This document shows, in pieces, positions 36,740 through 49,222 of a stretch of 64,000 nucleotides of DNA (position 1 is its first letter; each line of letters starts with the position of its first letter). Location of the stretch: positions 19,284,917 through 19,348,916 of the forward strand of contig JARDVH010000137.1 in the NCBI GenBank assembly GCA_030324005.1, given 5' to 3'. Below the pieces are notes generated by a model. That model saw nothing but the letters and a program-made list of their open reading frames with translations. It made no database searches and was not told where the DNA came from. The DNA comes from Negaprion brevirostris (taxonomy: Eukaryota). Position numbers and translations under genes: made by a program.

Positions 36740-38197
36740 TCAGAGTCCATCTGAGGCAAGGGAGAAGTGCCAGGAGACAGCAGATCAATGAACTACCAAA
36801 TACTCGGTGCTAATCCCAAACCTATTTAACATATTAACAAATGACTTGTTAACAACTGTGTCCTGTAGGGTCATCTATGCCAATTAAATCTGTTGTGCTA
36901 TCCAAGCTCCATCCTTCCACATACTGCACCAGATCCTTAATGAAGTCCAAAGATGTGCGGGTTAGGTTGATTGGCCATGCTAAAAAATTGCCCCTTAGTG
37001 TCCTGAGATGTGCAGGTTAGAGGAATTAGCGTGTAAATATGTAGGGATATGGGGTAGGGCCTGGGTGGGATTGTGGTCGGTGCAGACTCGATGGGCCGAA
37101 TGGCCTCTTTCNNNNNNNNNNNNNNNNNNNNNNNNNNNNNNNNNNNNNNNNNNNNNNNNNNNNNNNNNNNNNNNNNNNNNNNNNNNNNNNNNNNNNNNNN
37201 NNNNNNNNNNNTGGGTGGGATTGTGGTCGGTGCAGACTCGATGGGCCGAATGGCCTCTTTCTGCATAGTAGGGTTTCTACGATTCTATGAAAGTATTACG
37301 AAGTTGACAAACTACTGCAGCACATGGCATTAAATCCCTTGAAAAACATATCCAGTATTTTCCACTTCCACAATGACAAACAAATAATTGTTTACTTACA
37401 TGGATGGCCAGAGACTAAAGCATTATCCCAACCCATTACCTGGGAGTGACTCTAAATAGGATACTGCTCTTTTGGGAAATCTGAAGAAAACAGCAACAAA
37501 GCTCAAAATCAGGAATAACACCGAGCCAAACTTATTTGGATCAAAGTGGAGTGCTGCTGCCATAACATCCTGGATCTCAGCACTTGCTCTATCATATTCC
37601 ACAGCATAGTACTGTGTACTTGTCTGGCAAGGTCATCATACACAGATCTTGTTGATACTCAATTGAATGGAACAATGCAAATCATAACTGGAACTCTCCA
37701 CTCAACACCCTTTCCTGACTTCCCGTCCATGCAAACATCATTCTGCCACACGTTGACTGATAAAAATCCTCAAGACGGTTGAGATGATATTTGCTGCACC
37801 CCACTTACCACTCCATGATGACCTACTCAACCCCTGCCTATTATCTACCTTCCATCTCAGCTCCCTATGTGGAGAAGCTTCCTAAGCAAGATCTACCAGC
37901 AAACATTCTTTGGATCAAGAAATGGACATCACCGGAAGTCATCCTTGTGATAAACACCATCTGTCAAATTGGGAGAATGGTCTTTGCGAAACAGGTTCAG
38001 TAAAGGCCAGGGCCCCTGTGTAGAAAACCTCCACTGTTGGGGCCTATGTGCAAACCCCTTTTGCACTTGTGGAAAGTGATAGATATTGCTGCCTATTTCC
38101 AAGGTGTGTCCCCTCTACAGAGTAAGAGGAAGACTAATCACCTTAAATTAGCAAATGAGAAGGATGTTACTTGGCTTCAAGAATTTACATCTGCTAA
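36740..38197 (+). mobile_element. Decayed Vingi/Ingi-type LINE (RT to 3' end), interrupted by a V-SINE
   Basis: Frameshifted motifs SVLIPNLFNILTND, YLGVTLNRIL, KLKIRNN, SALALSYSTA.YC, TDLVDTQLNGTMQIITGTLHSTP, C-terminal CTCG; (TAAA)n tail at ~38185. Confidence 0.7.
36944..37290 (+). mobile_element. 5'-truncated V-SINE inserted in the Vingi-like LINE (contains a gap)
   Basis: gtccaaagatgtgcgggttaggttgattggccatgctaaa...gattctatga. Confidence 0.8.
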
Positions 38198-41100
38198 ATA
38201 AATAAAAATGCTCTTTGATGCAAGAAAATATCTGAAGCCATTTTAGAAGAGTTTATGTGCAACAACAGTTTGTATAAAATATCTTGCTCCATCTTCTCAT
38301 TTTTTTGTGTTTTTTAAATTTGTGTTCTCATGTAATTGTAATGGTTTTTTTTGGCAGGTTGACAAAGTGGTTAAGACACTCCATCACATGGCAGATATAA
38401 GCTTTTGCACACTACTGCTGTTGCCAATGGTAACAAGGGTGGTGCTTTCTTGAATACTCCCAGTTTTTCAATCAGCTTTTCCATTTCGTTTTCATTACTT
38501 TGCTTCAGTGCGAATCAAATGCAATTGTCCCCAAACAAGGGGCTGAATGTTTGTAACTGAGGAGAGCCTTAGTAATTAGAAAAAGCAAAGATGGATGGGC
38601 AATGTAATAGTCAATCTTTTCAAAGGTGTTATTGCTTTGTGCTTCTCAGCAGTGAACAACAGAAGCTAATTTAACAGTAATGCTAATTATTTTAATTATT
38701 GACCAATATGATGAGACTGTCTCCATGGGCACATTTGGGAGGGAGGGTCTATCTGCTTTGCAATACACATTTGGCATTGCATTTCTTTATTTTTACATTA
38801 GTTTAACACTATTTTTGTTTGTTATTTTCGACTATGTGATGTAAATACATTTACTGTTCGGCTTTTACTTGCTACTCTTTTGCTTCACATTTAACCATCT
38901 TCTTTAGACACTTGAACTGTACAGTCAGTGTGCCACATTTTATTACGTTTTGTGATGAGGGAACAAAAAGCTGATCAATTTGCACAGGGGTCCATGTCCC
39001 AGAATTAATCAAAACAGAATCTTCCTTGTCGCTGGAAATGCAACAAAACTTATATTTGTATGGCAGCCTTAACATAATAAAATAACATAGTACTCAATTT
39101 GACATTGAGCCACAAGGAAATATTAAGGCAGGCATCCAAGTCGAAAGAGATTTTAAGATGCAGTTAACAGTTAACACTTAATTTCTAAATAAAGTGAAAA
39201 GATTCAAATAGTTGTGCATGCAGTGGCAACCAGTTCAATACTTTTTCAATATAAATGAAGCATGTTATATCCAGGATCCATGAAAGCCCAGTTTCAATTC
39301 TTGTGATATGAGTCTTTTAAGCAATTTGGCAATTTAAATGTATAATGATATAATAAAGACATTTTCATTTTGCAGGTTATAACATGACAGAAATGCTTTA
39401 TGATAAATTGATTAAAAAAAAAAGGGATGGATCCAGAATTTGGGTCTTGTCAGAGTCGAGTAGTGGAGTTTGATCCCCCAAATTGGACATCTCTTTTGCT
39501 CAGAAAATGGGCACATTGAGATTCAAATCTTTCTCAAGATCTTTAAGAATTAAGTATAGATTCTTAAAATTAATTTTAAATGTTTTATTTAATGATGCAA
39601 TGTTAGCAGTGTACTGGATGTTTTCAGCAAACATATTAATATTGCTAAATATTCTCCAGTCAGAATATTGTGTTCATTTCTTATGAACTGACACAAGCCC
39701 ACCAAAATTGCAAGCCAATATGCTTTTCCTTACTGCTAATAAAAACCCATAGAACTCAGTAATGTATCTATTAATAGTGCAATTAGGGATTATTAAAAAT
39801 GTATGAGTTGTTTTAAGATTATAACATTCTTTGGGATTGGGATGCCATTGATGCAATTATGTTGTGATCTGAACTCAGTGTATTCCTGTATTATATGTAG
39901 AGCTGATATGTAAAGTGTCATCATGTGAACAATTGACTGCGGGCTAATTAATGTAATTTTCAAATGATTATACCAGAAGTAGTTAGATTCTTTGTAAATA
40001 TTTTTTCAAGTTTCGCATTGGCATTACCCTTGTCCATAATATTTCTGAAAATATTTGACTTACCTTTCAGACTTGAAGTGCATCAATTCATTTTTACATT
40101 CACCACAGTGCAAGAGTTTAAAAAGATGCAGCAACCTTCACAGATGTATGTTTGACAAAATAGGGGGAAAAAAAATCGGAGAGCATGGTTGACAGGAATG
40201 AAAGAAAGAAACAGCGGAGATAAACATAAGACTGAAAGCACAAAGATAAAACTGAATAAATTTGAGGCAAAGTTTTAAGGAATTAATAGTGAGCGGTTCA
40301 CTAGGAAGCCACATGTAAGATTGCTTTTATAGCATCTGCTTGATTAGCACTCAAAACTAATTTTCATTGATAGCAAAATGAAAATGCCAGTATAACTTCA
40401 GAATCTGGGTTAAATCTCACTCTACTGATAGCAGGTGAAAAGTAACACCATAACAGTAGTTTCTGTTGTGAATACCCATCTTCCTGAACATTTCTTGAGT
40501 TTTCTTCTTCCAAATTGGTCTTTTTTTCTTTCTCAATGATTGAGACTCCTGGGATTAGCCAGGAAGAATTGCCAATACCAAAGTCAGGGCCACAGCAGGA
40601 CAGCTCCAGGGTAGTTACAGGATCTTTAGACTGTGGCCATGCTAAAAATTGGAAACCACACACCTGGTGCTGAGTATTTTTTTCTAAGAAACAACCAAGG
40701 AGATCCATGAGTAAAAGGTTTTTTTTCAGATCTTAACACTTATTTTTGTCCTGTGATCACTTCCACCTGCACAACACAAAGGTTCGACATTTCAATCAAA
40801 TGGAAGTGAAGCAGGTGCACTCTGCTGGTGTCTGGCAGTGATGCAAACTCTCACAGATCACGTCTATAATCAGACATCAGTTTGCATATTAGTGAGTAAT
40901 GTATATCCTGTGTGGTGTTAGCAGACTGGCTGTTTTGCTTCTGCTTGATTGAGACAGCTATCCTGTGTGTTCTATGGGAACATTCTTTAATTAAGACTTA
41001 GTTCAAAAAGAAAGAATGTTGCTAAAAGTGGTGACATGGAATAGGTAAGCAGAAGTGGGATGAAGGAACACTGCAAGCATTCTTCCCAATGGACCACTTC

Positions 41101-43714
41101 TGCTTTAGCTGGTGCACTAAGAACATTCAGTTGTCTGAGTATTTAGTGTGCAAACTATTAGAGGAAATGTTATGCCTGTATGAGAATGATGAGTAAAAGT
41201 GACTTAGAAGATTGGTATTTTAGTGTTAGACTAAACAGAGTATTTTCTGGTGAAAAGCAGTATGAAAAAAATGAGAAGCCATATTTTGGTATTTATGTGC
41301 GAATACTCAACATTCTAACAAGTTGGTTTTGCCCTCATTTAACCTTTATACATTCTGTGCACCAATTTAAAACACAGAGCCTTTTATGCGTGGCGACAAT
41401 GATTCTAAAGCTGTGCTTTTTTCTGTCTTTCAGGTTGCAGTGCCATATGTGAATACAAAACCCACCTTCCCATTGGAAAACTAGATGCACATTTATAGCA
41501 ACAATGCTGAATAAACATCACTCTCCTGTTTCACTTGAGAGCATTCAAGTATTAACCCACCCATTTCTACAAACAAATGTTAGCTATCTGGGGATTGCAT
41601 CATGAGTTCTTTGATGATTTAATGTTTCAGATATGGATTGCAATCCATTTTGAACCCAGTCTGGGAAAACTAAATTAATTTGTAAATTGGCTTCCGTGTT
41701 AAAACTATAGGTAAGACAACATGAAATCTTGAAAAATCAAAGGCCTTTACTATTTATAAGTACATTTGTAATATTGCTTCAGCCAAGAAAGGCACTAAAA
41801 TTCAATATAAAGCCCAGTTTGTATTTTGAAAAATGGATTTCTGAAATAATTAAAATGTAGAAATCTGATAAGGTCAGCTAAGGGAAAGTCAAACCATGAA
41901 ATCAGGTTTAAATAGTCAATATCATTCATCCAAATCCACAATTAAATTAGAGAATTGAGATCATTCTAACATATCAGTTGTTAGAACATACAGCAATGTA
42001 GCTTTTAAGCAATGATGTTATTCTGGTTCTGTTCAATGCACTCTATGTGCCTCACCACAGTGACACTAGGGGATTAATAATTGAACATGAGGCAGGGAAT
42101 TGGGATTAAAAAGACAGAGTCGACATGGCTAACAGATTGACATGGCTGGTTCAATAGTTGAATAGCCTATTTATGTTCCTGTTACAGCACCATAGACTTG
42201 GAAAAACAAACTGCAGCCTTCAATTAAAGCTTCTACATCCAGTTTTCACTGATCTCACTTAATCTCAATGAAATGACAGTGACAATAGTACAGATCTGCT
42301 CTTGAAGATGTTACCTAATAGCAAAGAACTTGTCAGTGGAGATCTGTAGGATTTATTGACGTGTATTTTTTCCTAGGGCACAATTATCAAGGCTGCTGAA
42401 GTGGTTCTGAAATGAATCAAGTATTATTTTAGACTACAGAAGCATTTCTCAAAGGGTAGGCTATCTTCACATTGTTTTGAGTCGAAAGCATTAGACATTT
42501 ATGTTTTCTGATCATTTATAACCTAGAAATTACAGTGCACATTTTTAGCATTTAAACACTATTGTAAAGGAGGTGTTAACCCATTTGAAAGGGTGTAAAA
42601 TAATCTGACTAACACCATCATTAAACAAACAGGCAAAATAATTTTGTATAAATGTACTTAAGTGTTGATACATTAATATGACATAACATAATTGCTAGGG
42701 TATTCAGTAATTGTCTTATGAACTGCTTATTATAAACTCAGATTTAGTTGAGCGTGGGTTGCAAAATAAGACATGACTGATTCACAGTAAGTCACGTTTG
42801 GTGGCAAAGTCAAATGTTACCATTTTCAAAGCTGCTTGGGTAACCAGCAGGGATTTACTCACCATTGAAATTTTATTTAAATAGGTCTCATGCTTGATTT
42901 TGGGACTTTCTCACTGGCAGCACTGCCGGCTTTTATGAAACGGTCACAGAAGCTTGTGGTTAGTCGTGTCCATTTGAGTGGGCCCCTAACAAACAGGAAG
43001 CATCTTTTTTCTTAGTTAGTTTTGGTCATTGTACTGTTTGATCTAATTTTCTTATTTGTTGCTATGTCACCCTGATTCCATGTAAGGCAAGATCTGTGCT
43101 TTCATTTGCATTTCTTAGAATTGTGGTGTTTTTCAGCTGCCATTTCGCTTGCAGCAACCAAAATGGACAGGATCAAAATTCCTTTGAGGGTTATAATGAA
43201 GCAGAAAGAGCAATCATTGAGAGGACAAAAAAAAGGCAGGTGTGTCTGACACTTTTCACATGCACCTGTCCTAAAACCAGGATCTGCATTTACTGGCCTT
43301 GAAAGTATTTTCTGGGCACATCAAAGATTATCTGTCTTTGAAAATTTACTTGAAAAGAAATCATCACAAAGCTACGCCATAGTTAGTTTGCATATTGAAG
43401 ACCAACTAACTAGTTTGCAGCAAAGGTGTGACTCTTCCCTTAGGCATTGAAGACTACCACGGCTGTAAACGTTGATATGACAAAATCCCTTTGCTCCACT
43501 GTTGGACAGCTTAACTCATCAGTAAGGCATATCTGGGAATCATGAGCATACTGTGAATTTTCCTGCCTATAGCACACAGCATCAAATCAACACATTGTCC
43601 TATCGTTTGATGATATCACTTGTGAGTAAGAGAATGGTGGAGGACGTATTCATTATTAGAGATCTTACATGGATCAAACTCCAACTAAGAGTGCCTAAGA
43701 ATCAACATCCAAAT

Positions 43715-44290
43715 GTAAAGTAAAGAGGCCCTTCGTCCCACTGTGTCTTTGCTGGCCATCAAGCACCTGTCTATTCTAATCCCTTTTCTCAGCACTTAAT
43801 CTGTAGCCTTGTATATTATCATATTTTAAGTGCTCATTTAAATGCTTCTTAAATATTGTGAGTGTTCCTGCTTCCACCAACCTTTCAGGCAGCAAGGTTC
43901 AGATTTCCACTCTGCTCTGGGTGAAAAAGTTTCCCCTTAAATTCCCCCTAAATCTCCTGTGCCTTACCTTAAATCTATGCCCCCTGGTTATTGACCCTTC
44001 AACTAAGGGGAAAAGTTCCTTCCTATCAACCCTAGTGCAATTACATATTTACTGTAGCGTGGTGCCCAGAACTGCACACAGTGCTCCAGCTATGGCGTTT
44101 TATACAGTTCCATCATAACCTCTCTGCTCTGGTATTCTGCACCTTGATAAATAAAGGTAAATATCCCATGTGCCTTCTTAACACCTTATCTAACTGTCAT
44201 GCTGCCTTCTGGGATCTATGGGCATGCACCCTAAGGTGCCCTCTGTACTTCCTAGCCTCTGACCATTTATTGTATATTCCCTTGCTTTGT
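43715..44290 (-). mobile_element. CR1 LINE 3' fragment
   Basis: Reverse strand shows the TRGHRFKV..FFTQ..WN region and a CR1 tail. Confidence 0.7.
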
Positions 44291-44539
44291 AAATCCTCTA
44301 AAACCACTCTTTTACAGGGAGGTTATTGCACAAAGTGATGGAGTGCAGGCATGTTCCTTGTGTTTCCTACAAGATGATTTCCTGTGCCATTGTGCCTGTT
44401 GCCAGTTACCCCACCCTTTGTAAAACTGTAGAGCTGTGAGTTCTGAAGGGCCTTTTGCTTGCTTGACAGATGTTGTGCAGTCCTGCCTCCAAATAATATT
44501 TCCTTCAGGAAGAGAAGGAATTTAGCTTGCTCCCGCTTT

Positions 44540-44895
44540 AGGTGCCAGATATTTTAGCGCATAGCACAAGCTGCCACTTCATGGCAGGAGTGAGGGGTGC
44601 GTTATTGGAGACGCCATCTTCTGGATGAGATGTTAAACCAAAGATCCACTTGCCCTCTGATGCGGAAGGAAAACATTCCATGGCATTAGAGTTTGGGAGT
44701 TCCCCCAGTTTCCCATTCAATATTTAGCTTTCAACCAACATAACTAAAAACAGCTTATGTGCCTCATTTTTTATAGGGTCTTGTTATGTGCAAAGTGGCT
44801 GCCACACCTCTTACATTACAACAGAAATACTTCATTTTATCTGTAAGATATTTTGGAACATTTTTGAAGCCATGGAATGTGATTATATATATATA
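44540..44895 (+). mobile_element. Deu-domain SINE relic (SacSINE1/AmnSINE-like)
   Basis: ggatgagatgttaaacc..ccatggcatt..ggagttccccc..caatatt..tcaaccaaca..tgtgcaaagtggctgcc..acattacaacag. Confidence 0.65.
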
Positions 44896-46199
44896 TGCAC
44901 TTAAGTTATTAAAAAACATTCTTCGCTATACATTTCTTTAAAAAAAATTGGTTTATATTTGTTGAAATGTTAGCATAAATTTAAAAAAAAACTAAAAATA
45001 TTGGACAGTAATTATTTGGGTTTATAGAATGCAAAAATGCCACACTTCTTTCAGGATGTCAAAAAGCCGAGAACTGTAATCTCAGCATGTTAACAAAACA
45101 AATGTAATGAGAGTGGGGCCCATCAACATTGCATTGATAAGTTCATTGTGAGCATTTTTGGACACGTTCCCTATGTAAGCAGGAAATATTATGTATCAAA
45201 TAGAGTGAAGAATAGCAATTACCTGGTAAGGATTTTAAATAAAACTAACTTGGCTGGCAAGCACTGCATGTAACTGTGCCAAACGGGCCAGAAAGTCTCA
45301 GATTTAATTACCAGCCTATTCCTTTCACTAATCTTTGCAGGGTGGTTTTAGGGTTGCAACAAGTGGCTTTAGACCAATTAACAGATGCAAGATGCACATG
45401 ACTGCTATTCAGTGATACATGCTAGAAACATGCCTCGATGTGAATGTAAGGTTAACTGGCTTGGTTGTGGTGCTCGCCATGATAAACTAACTTGTGACAC
45501 TCATCAAGATTTGCAAATTAAGAGCTAGCACTTGGGCAAAATGCCAAAGCAAACCAGCACCCATGGAACCATATCTGAGCAATGCTCGCCAACCTGCCTC
45601 CAATATACTATTCGCCCAACGTGCAGGAGCCTTTGTTTATATTTTTCTCCTTCTCCACATAATTATTGTATCAGCAACATCATTTAAAATCACTGATTTC
45701 CACATGTATCCCACACTTAATTTCTCATGACTGATGTCTTGAGAAACTTTATATTCATTTTGCATCAGGAAGATTATTCCCATCTTCAGGTCTTCAGATA
45801 TTAGACCCTTGACTTACCACAGTTCAGGTCAGATTCACCAAGGTAAATATTAAGTGCCTCTCCATATCTGACCACAGTGTAAATGAGTCAGAAACTGACC
45901 TGGGATTACTTACCTGTCTGTTTATGCTGGCACTACAGCCGCCGCCATTTTGCATAGAATGCTGAAGTCTCCACCTGTTTTAAATGGCAGACATTTTGTG
46001 ATATGCGTATGTGTACTATTACAAACGTAGGATCCTTATTACAATTTGAGGTACAGAAGGATGGAATATTTAACGAATGATCCTTAAAAGGATTGTTAAA
46101 GGAATGGGCATTAATTCCCTACTTTCTGTTACCCTATCTGATTGTGCCCAGTACTGGGAAATCTTTCTCCCCATTCACTAACAATTGCCTTTCCAAAAT

Positions 46200-47610
46200 C
46201 CCAGCTGCCAGGCTTTGGCCCTCCATTCACTGACATTGCTATAGCTAACTATCTTCTCAACCACACCATGACCTTCCCTAGACTCTATTAAAACCATTAA
46301 TTCCTCTTACCCTGGCCATTCCTCCAGTAAGTTCTCATTGTTGCTCCTTTAAGCCCAATGGACAAAGACTTGAATGTATTTGGCAGACAGCTGGCTTAGC
46401 CATTTACCATTAAATCTGGCTGGATCATTTCAAAGATGATCTTGTCATGGCTGAAACTATTCACGATTCCAGAATAATTCGGGACTGCAAAAATTCCCCT
46501 GTGCTTCTTTTCTGTACTACATAGTGGCTTTACAATCACTTCCCCTTGTCTCCTTCGCCCTTTTCTTCAACAAGATGTTAATGCATCTCCTTGTTACTAA
46601 GAATAAGGTCATTCATTCAGCTACCTCTACTGTTTACCTTTGACCTTGGGGTTCCTCTCTGCTGTCTCCCTGAATTCTCATCATTCTCTTGTTTCCCTCC
46701 TATCATGCCCTCTCCAAATTAATCTTGTCCATGAGACCATCTCCTGCTCCCTTTACCCTATTCCCACAAAACTGCTGACTACCGAATTTCCTTCCTTATC
46801 CTCAAAATCACTCTTGTTGTCAGCAATTATCTCTCCTCTTTGTATCTGTCACCTTCACCCCTCTTCTCAATAGCCCTCAGCTCTTGCAAATTACCGTCCC
46901 ATAGCCATCCTCCTTTTTCTCTCCAAAGTTGTTTAATTGTGCTCTTCCCTCCCAAAGCAAGACACATATTTCCCAGATTTCCATGTTTGAATCCCTGTAA
47001 ACCAGATTTCCATCCTGCCAAAATACTGAAACAGCTCTGAGTCAAATCTGAGACTGTGGTAATGGTAGACTACATCTTTTCTTGTCCTTTTCAATCTGTC
47101 TGCAGCTATTCATGTAGTTGATCACATAATTGTCCTCCAGTACATCGCCTTTATCATCCAGTTGGGTGGAACGGCACTCACCTAATTCCACCCATATCTA
47201 TCTAATATCCATTGAATCAACTGTAATGATTTCGCTTTCCGGTCTCACCATTAACTTGGGAGTTCCTCCAGGATCTATCTCTGGCCCTGCAACTATTTCT
47301 CATTACACACTACCCCTCAGCAACATCATTCAAAACCACATTGGCTTCTAAACACATGCTGGCAACATCCAGTTTTGCCTCAGCACTACTTTTCTCAACC
47401 CTTCCATTGTCTTCAGGTTGTCAGATTGATATCTTCTACCAGATGAGTAAAAATCTCCAGCAAATTAGTGGGGAAAATTTAAGCCATTGCTTTTGATTCC
47501 CTCCCCAAAGAATACTTCCTAAACACTGATCCCACCCCTTTCCCATTGGCAACTTTAGTGTCATATTTTACCCTAAGATGAGCTCCCGCCCATATACCTA
47601 TGCCATCGCC
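46200..47610 (+). mobile_element. Highly decayed L2 LINE ORF2
   Basis: Pyrimidine-rich; LGVPPGSISGP..YTLPLSNIIQNH (ORF 47130..47351); L2 tail pieces at ~48535-48660 and ~49225-49535. Confidence 0.65.
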
Positions 47611-47739
47611 AATATTGTCTACTTTCAACTCAGTAATGGAAAAGGAATTTGTAAGTACTGTGGACCTTTTATGTAATAAAATGTCCCATGGTTCTTCACA
47701 GGAACATGATTATAAAATGTGTCAACATAAGGAAATATT

Positions 47740-47947
47740 GGCCAGAATTCTCCAGCTATTCATGCCGGTGGGATTCTCTGGTCTTACTGGAGAACACTCC
47801 CTGGCCCCGAGTTTCCCAGTAGCATGGGATGGCTTCAATGGGAATTCCTATGATATTGGTGGGACCAGATAGTCCCAACCTCAGCAAACGGCATCCTACC
47901 TTCCATTGCTGAGAAACACCTGGCTAGGAGGTCGGAGAAGCCCATCC
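47740..47947. mobile_element. PIF/Harbinger-type MITE
   Basis: TIRs GGCCAGAATTCTCC / GGAGAAGCCCATCC; 3-bp TSD ATT at 47737-47739 and 47948-47950. Confidence 0.65.
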
Positions 47948-48420
47948 ATTAATTCAGATGACTAAAAGCTTGATCAAAAAGGAAAAAGATTTAAGGGACA
48001 TCTTAGAGCAGGAAAGTGAGGTGGAGAGCTGTTCAAGACAGAAATTCCAGAGAATATAGCCTTGACAGCTATATATAGCCGTGAAGCTATTAAAATTGTG
48101 GAGATGCTAGAGGCCAAAATTAGAGGAGAGTACATTTTTAAAAAATTATTCATTTATGGGATGTGGACATTGCAGGCTAGGCCAATTTATTTCCCATCCC
48201 TAGTTGCACTTCAAAGGGGTTGTATAACTAGAAGTGATGAACTTTAAAAAGAAGGTATTGCTTAACTGGGCATCAGTAACCATCTAAGTCATAGGTAAAT
48301 GAGACTTTGCATGGTAGCACAGAAACAGCAGAGTTTTGAGTAACCTGAAAGAATGAGGGTTTCGGCAGAACGAAAGTATGCGGTAATGTCAGGCGCTGAC
48401 TCATTCCTTGATCCCACCAT

Positions 48421-48520
48421 AGGTCTGATGAAAGGTCATTGACCTGAAGTATTAACATCTCTCTCTCCACAGATGCTGCCTGTCTTGCTATTTTCAGCAG
48501 TTTCTGTAATTATTTCATCC
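48421..48520 (+). mobile_element. Family B fragment with partly preserved hammerhead-like head
   Basis: CTGATGA-A-AGGTC-ATT-GACCT-GAAG followed by ctctccacagatgctgcc. Confidence 0.55.
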
Positions 48521-48660
48521 CATCTTCAATAGCAGCGCTCCTCTAATTCTGGCCTCTTCAACTTCCCAATTTTAATTACACCAATGTTGATCATACCATT
48601 GGCTGCGAAGATCAGGGATTCCTTCCCTGTACCTGTCCATCTCACTTTCCTTCTTTAAGA

Positions 48661-49222
48661 CAGTAAGTAGTCTCACAACACCAGGTTAAAGTCCATTAGG
48701 TCTATTAGGTAGCTCGAGCTTTCAAAGCGTTGCCCCTTCATCAGGTGAGTGAAGAACTCAGTTCATAAACACGGCATATATAGACACAAACTCAATTACA
48801 AGATAATGGTTGGAATGCGAGTCTTAACAGGTAATCAAGTCTTTACAGGTGNNNNNNNNNNNNNNNNNNNNNNNNNNNNNNNNNNNNNNNNNNNNNNNNN
48901 NNNNNNNNNNNNNNNNNNNNNNNNNNNNNNNNNNNNNNNNNNNNNNNNNNNNNNNNNNNNNNNNNNNNNNNNNNNNNNNNNNNNNNNNNNNNNNNNNNNN
49001 NNNNNNNNNNNNNNNNNNNNNNNNNNNNNNNNNNNNNNNNNNNNNNNNNNNNNNNNNNNNNNNNNNNNNNNNNNNNNNNNNNNNNNNNNNNNNNNNNNNN
49101 NNNNNNNNNNNNNNNNNNNNNNNNNNNGCTTGTGCAACCAAATAAACCTGTTGAACTTTAACCTGGTGTTGTGAGACTACTTACCGTGCCTCCCCAGTCC
49201 AATGTCAGCAACTCCACATCAT
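48661..49222. mobile_element. Penelope-like family A fold-back insertion (centre in gap), inside an L2 tail
   Basis: Left arm 48661-48750, inverted right arm 49128-49222; spacer start resembles that of the 36115 copy. Confidence 0.7.

Larger units (their letters stand above)
26001..45974 (-). pseudogene. Candidate unidentified multi-exon gene or decayed gene between CBX2 and CBX8
   Basis: Exon-like segments: 45914-45974, 42863-42985, 40064-40135, 38872-39031, 33255-33410, 32433-32499, 31636-31761, 27228-27431, 26001-26197. All have AG acceptors and six have GT donors; three adjacent pairs join in frame; several segments carry stops or frameshifts. Confidence 0.5.

Noticed and set aside
37062-37261. 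Apparent ~50-bp direct repeat either side of a gap (also 52623-52762)
   Set aside because: Identical sequence at both gap edges indicates overlapping contig ends, not a tandem repeat or CRISPR-like array
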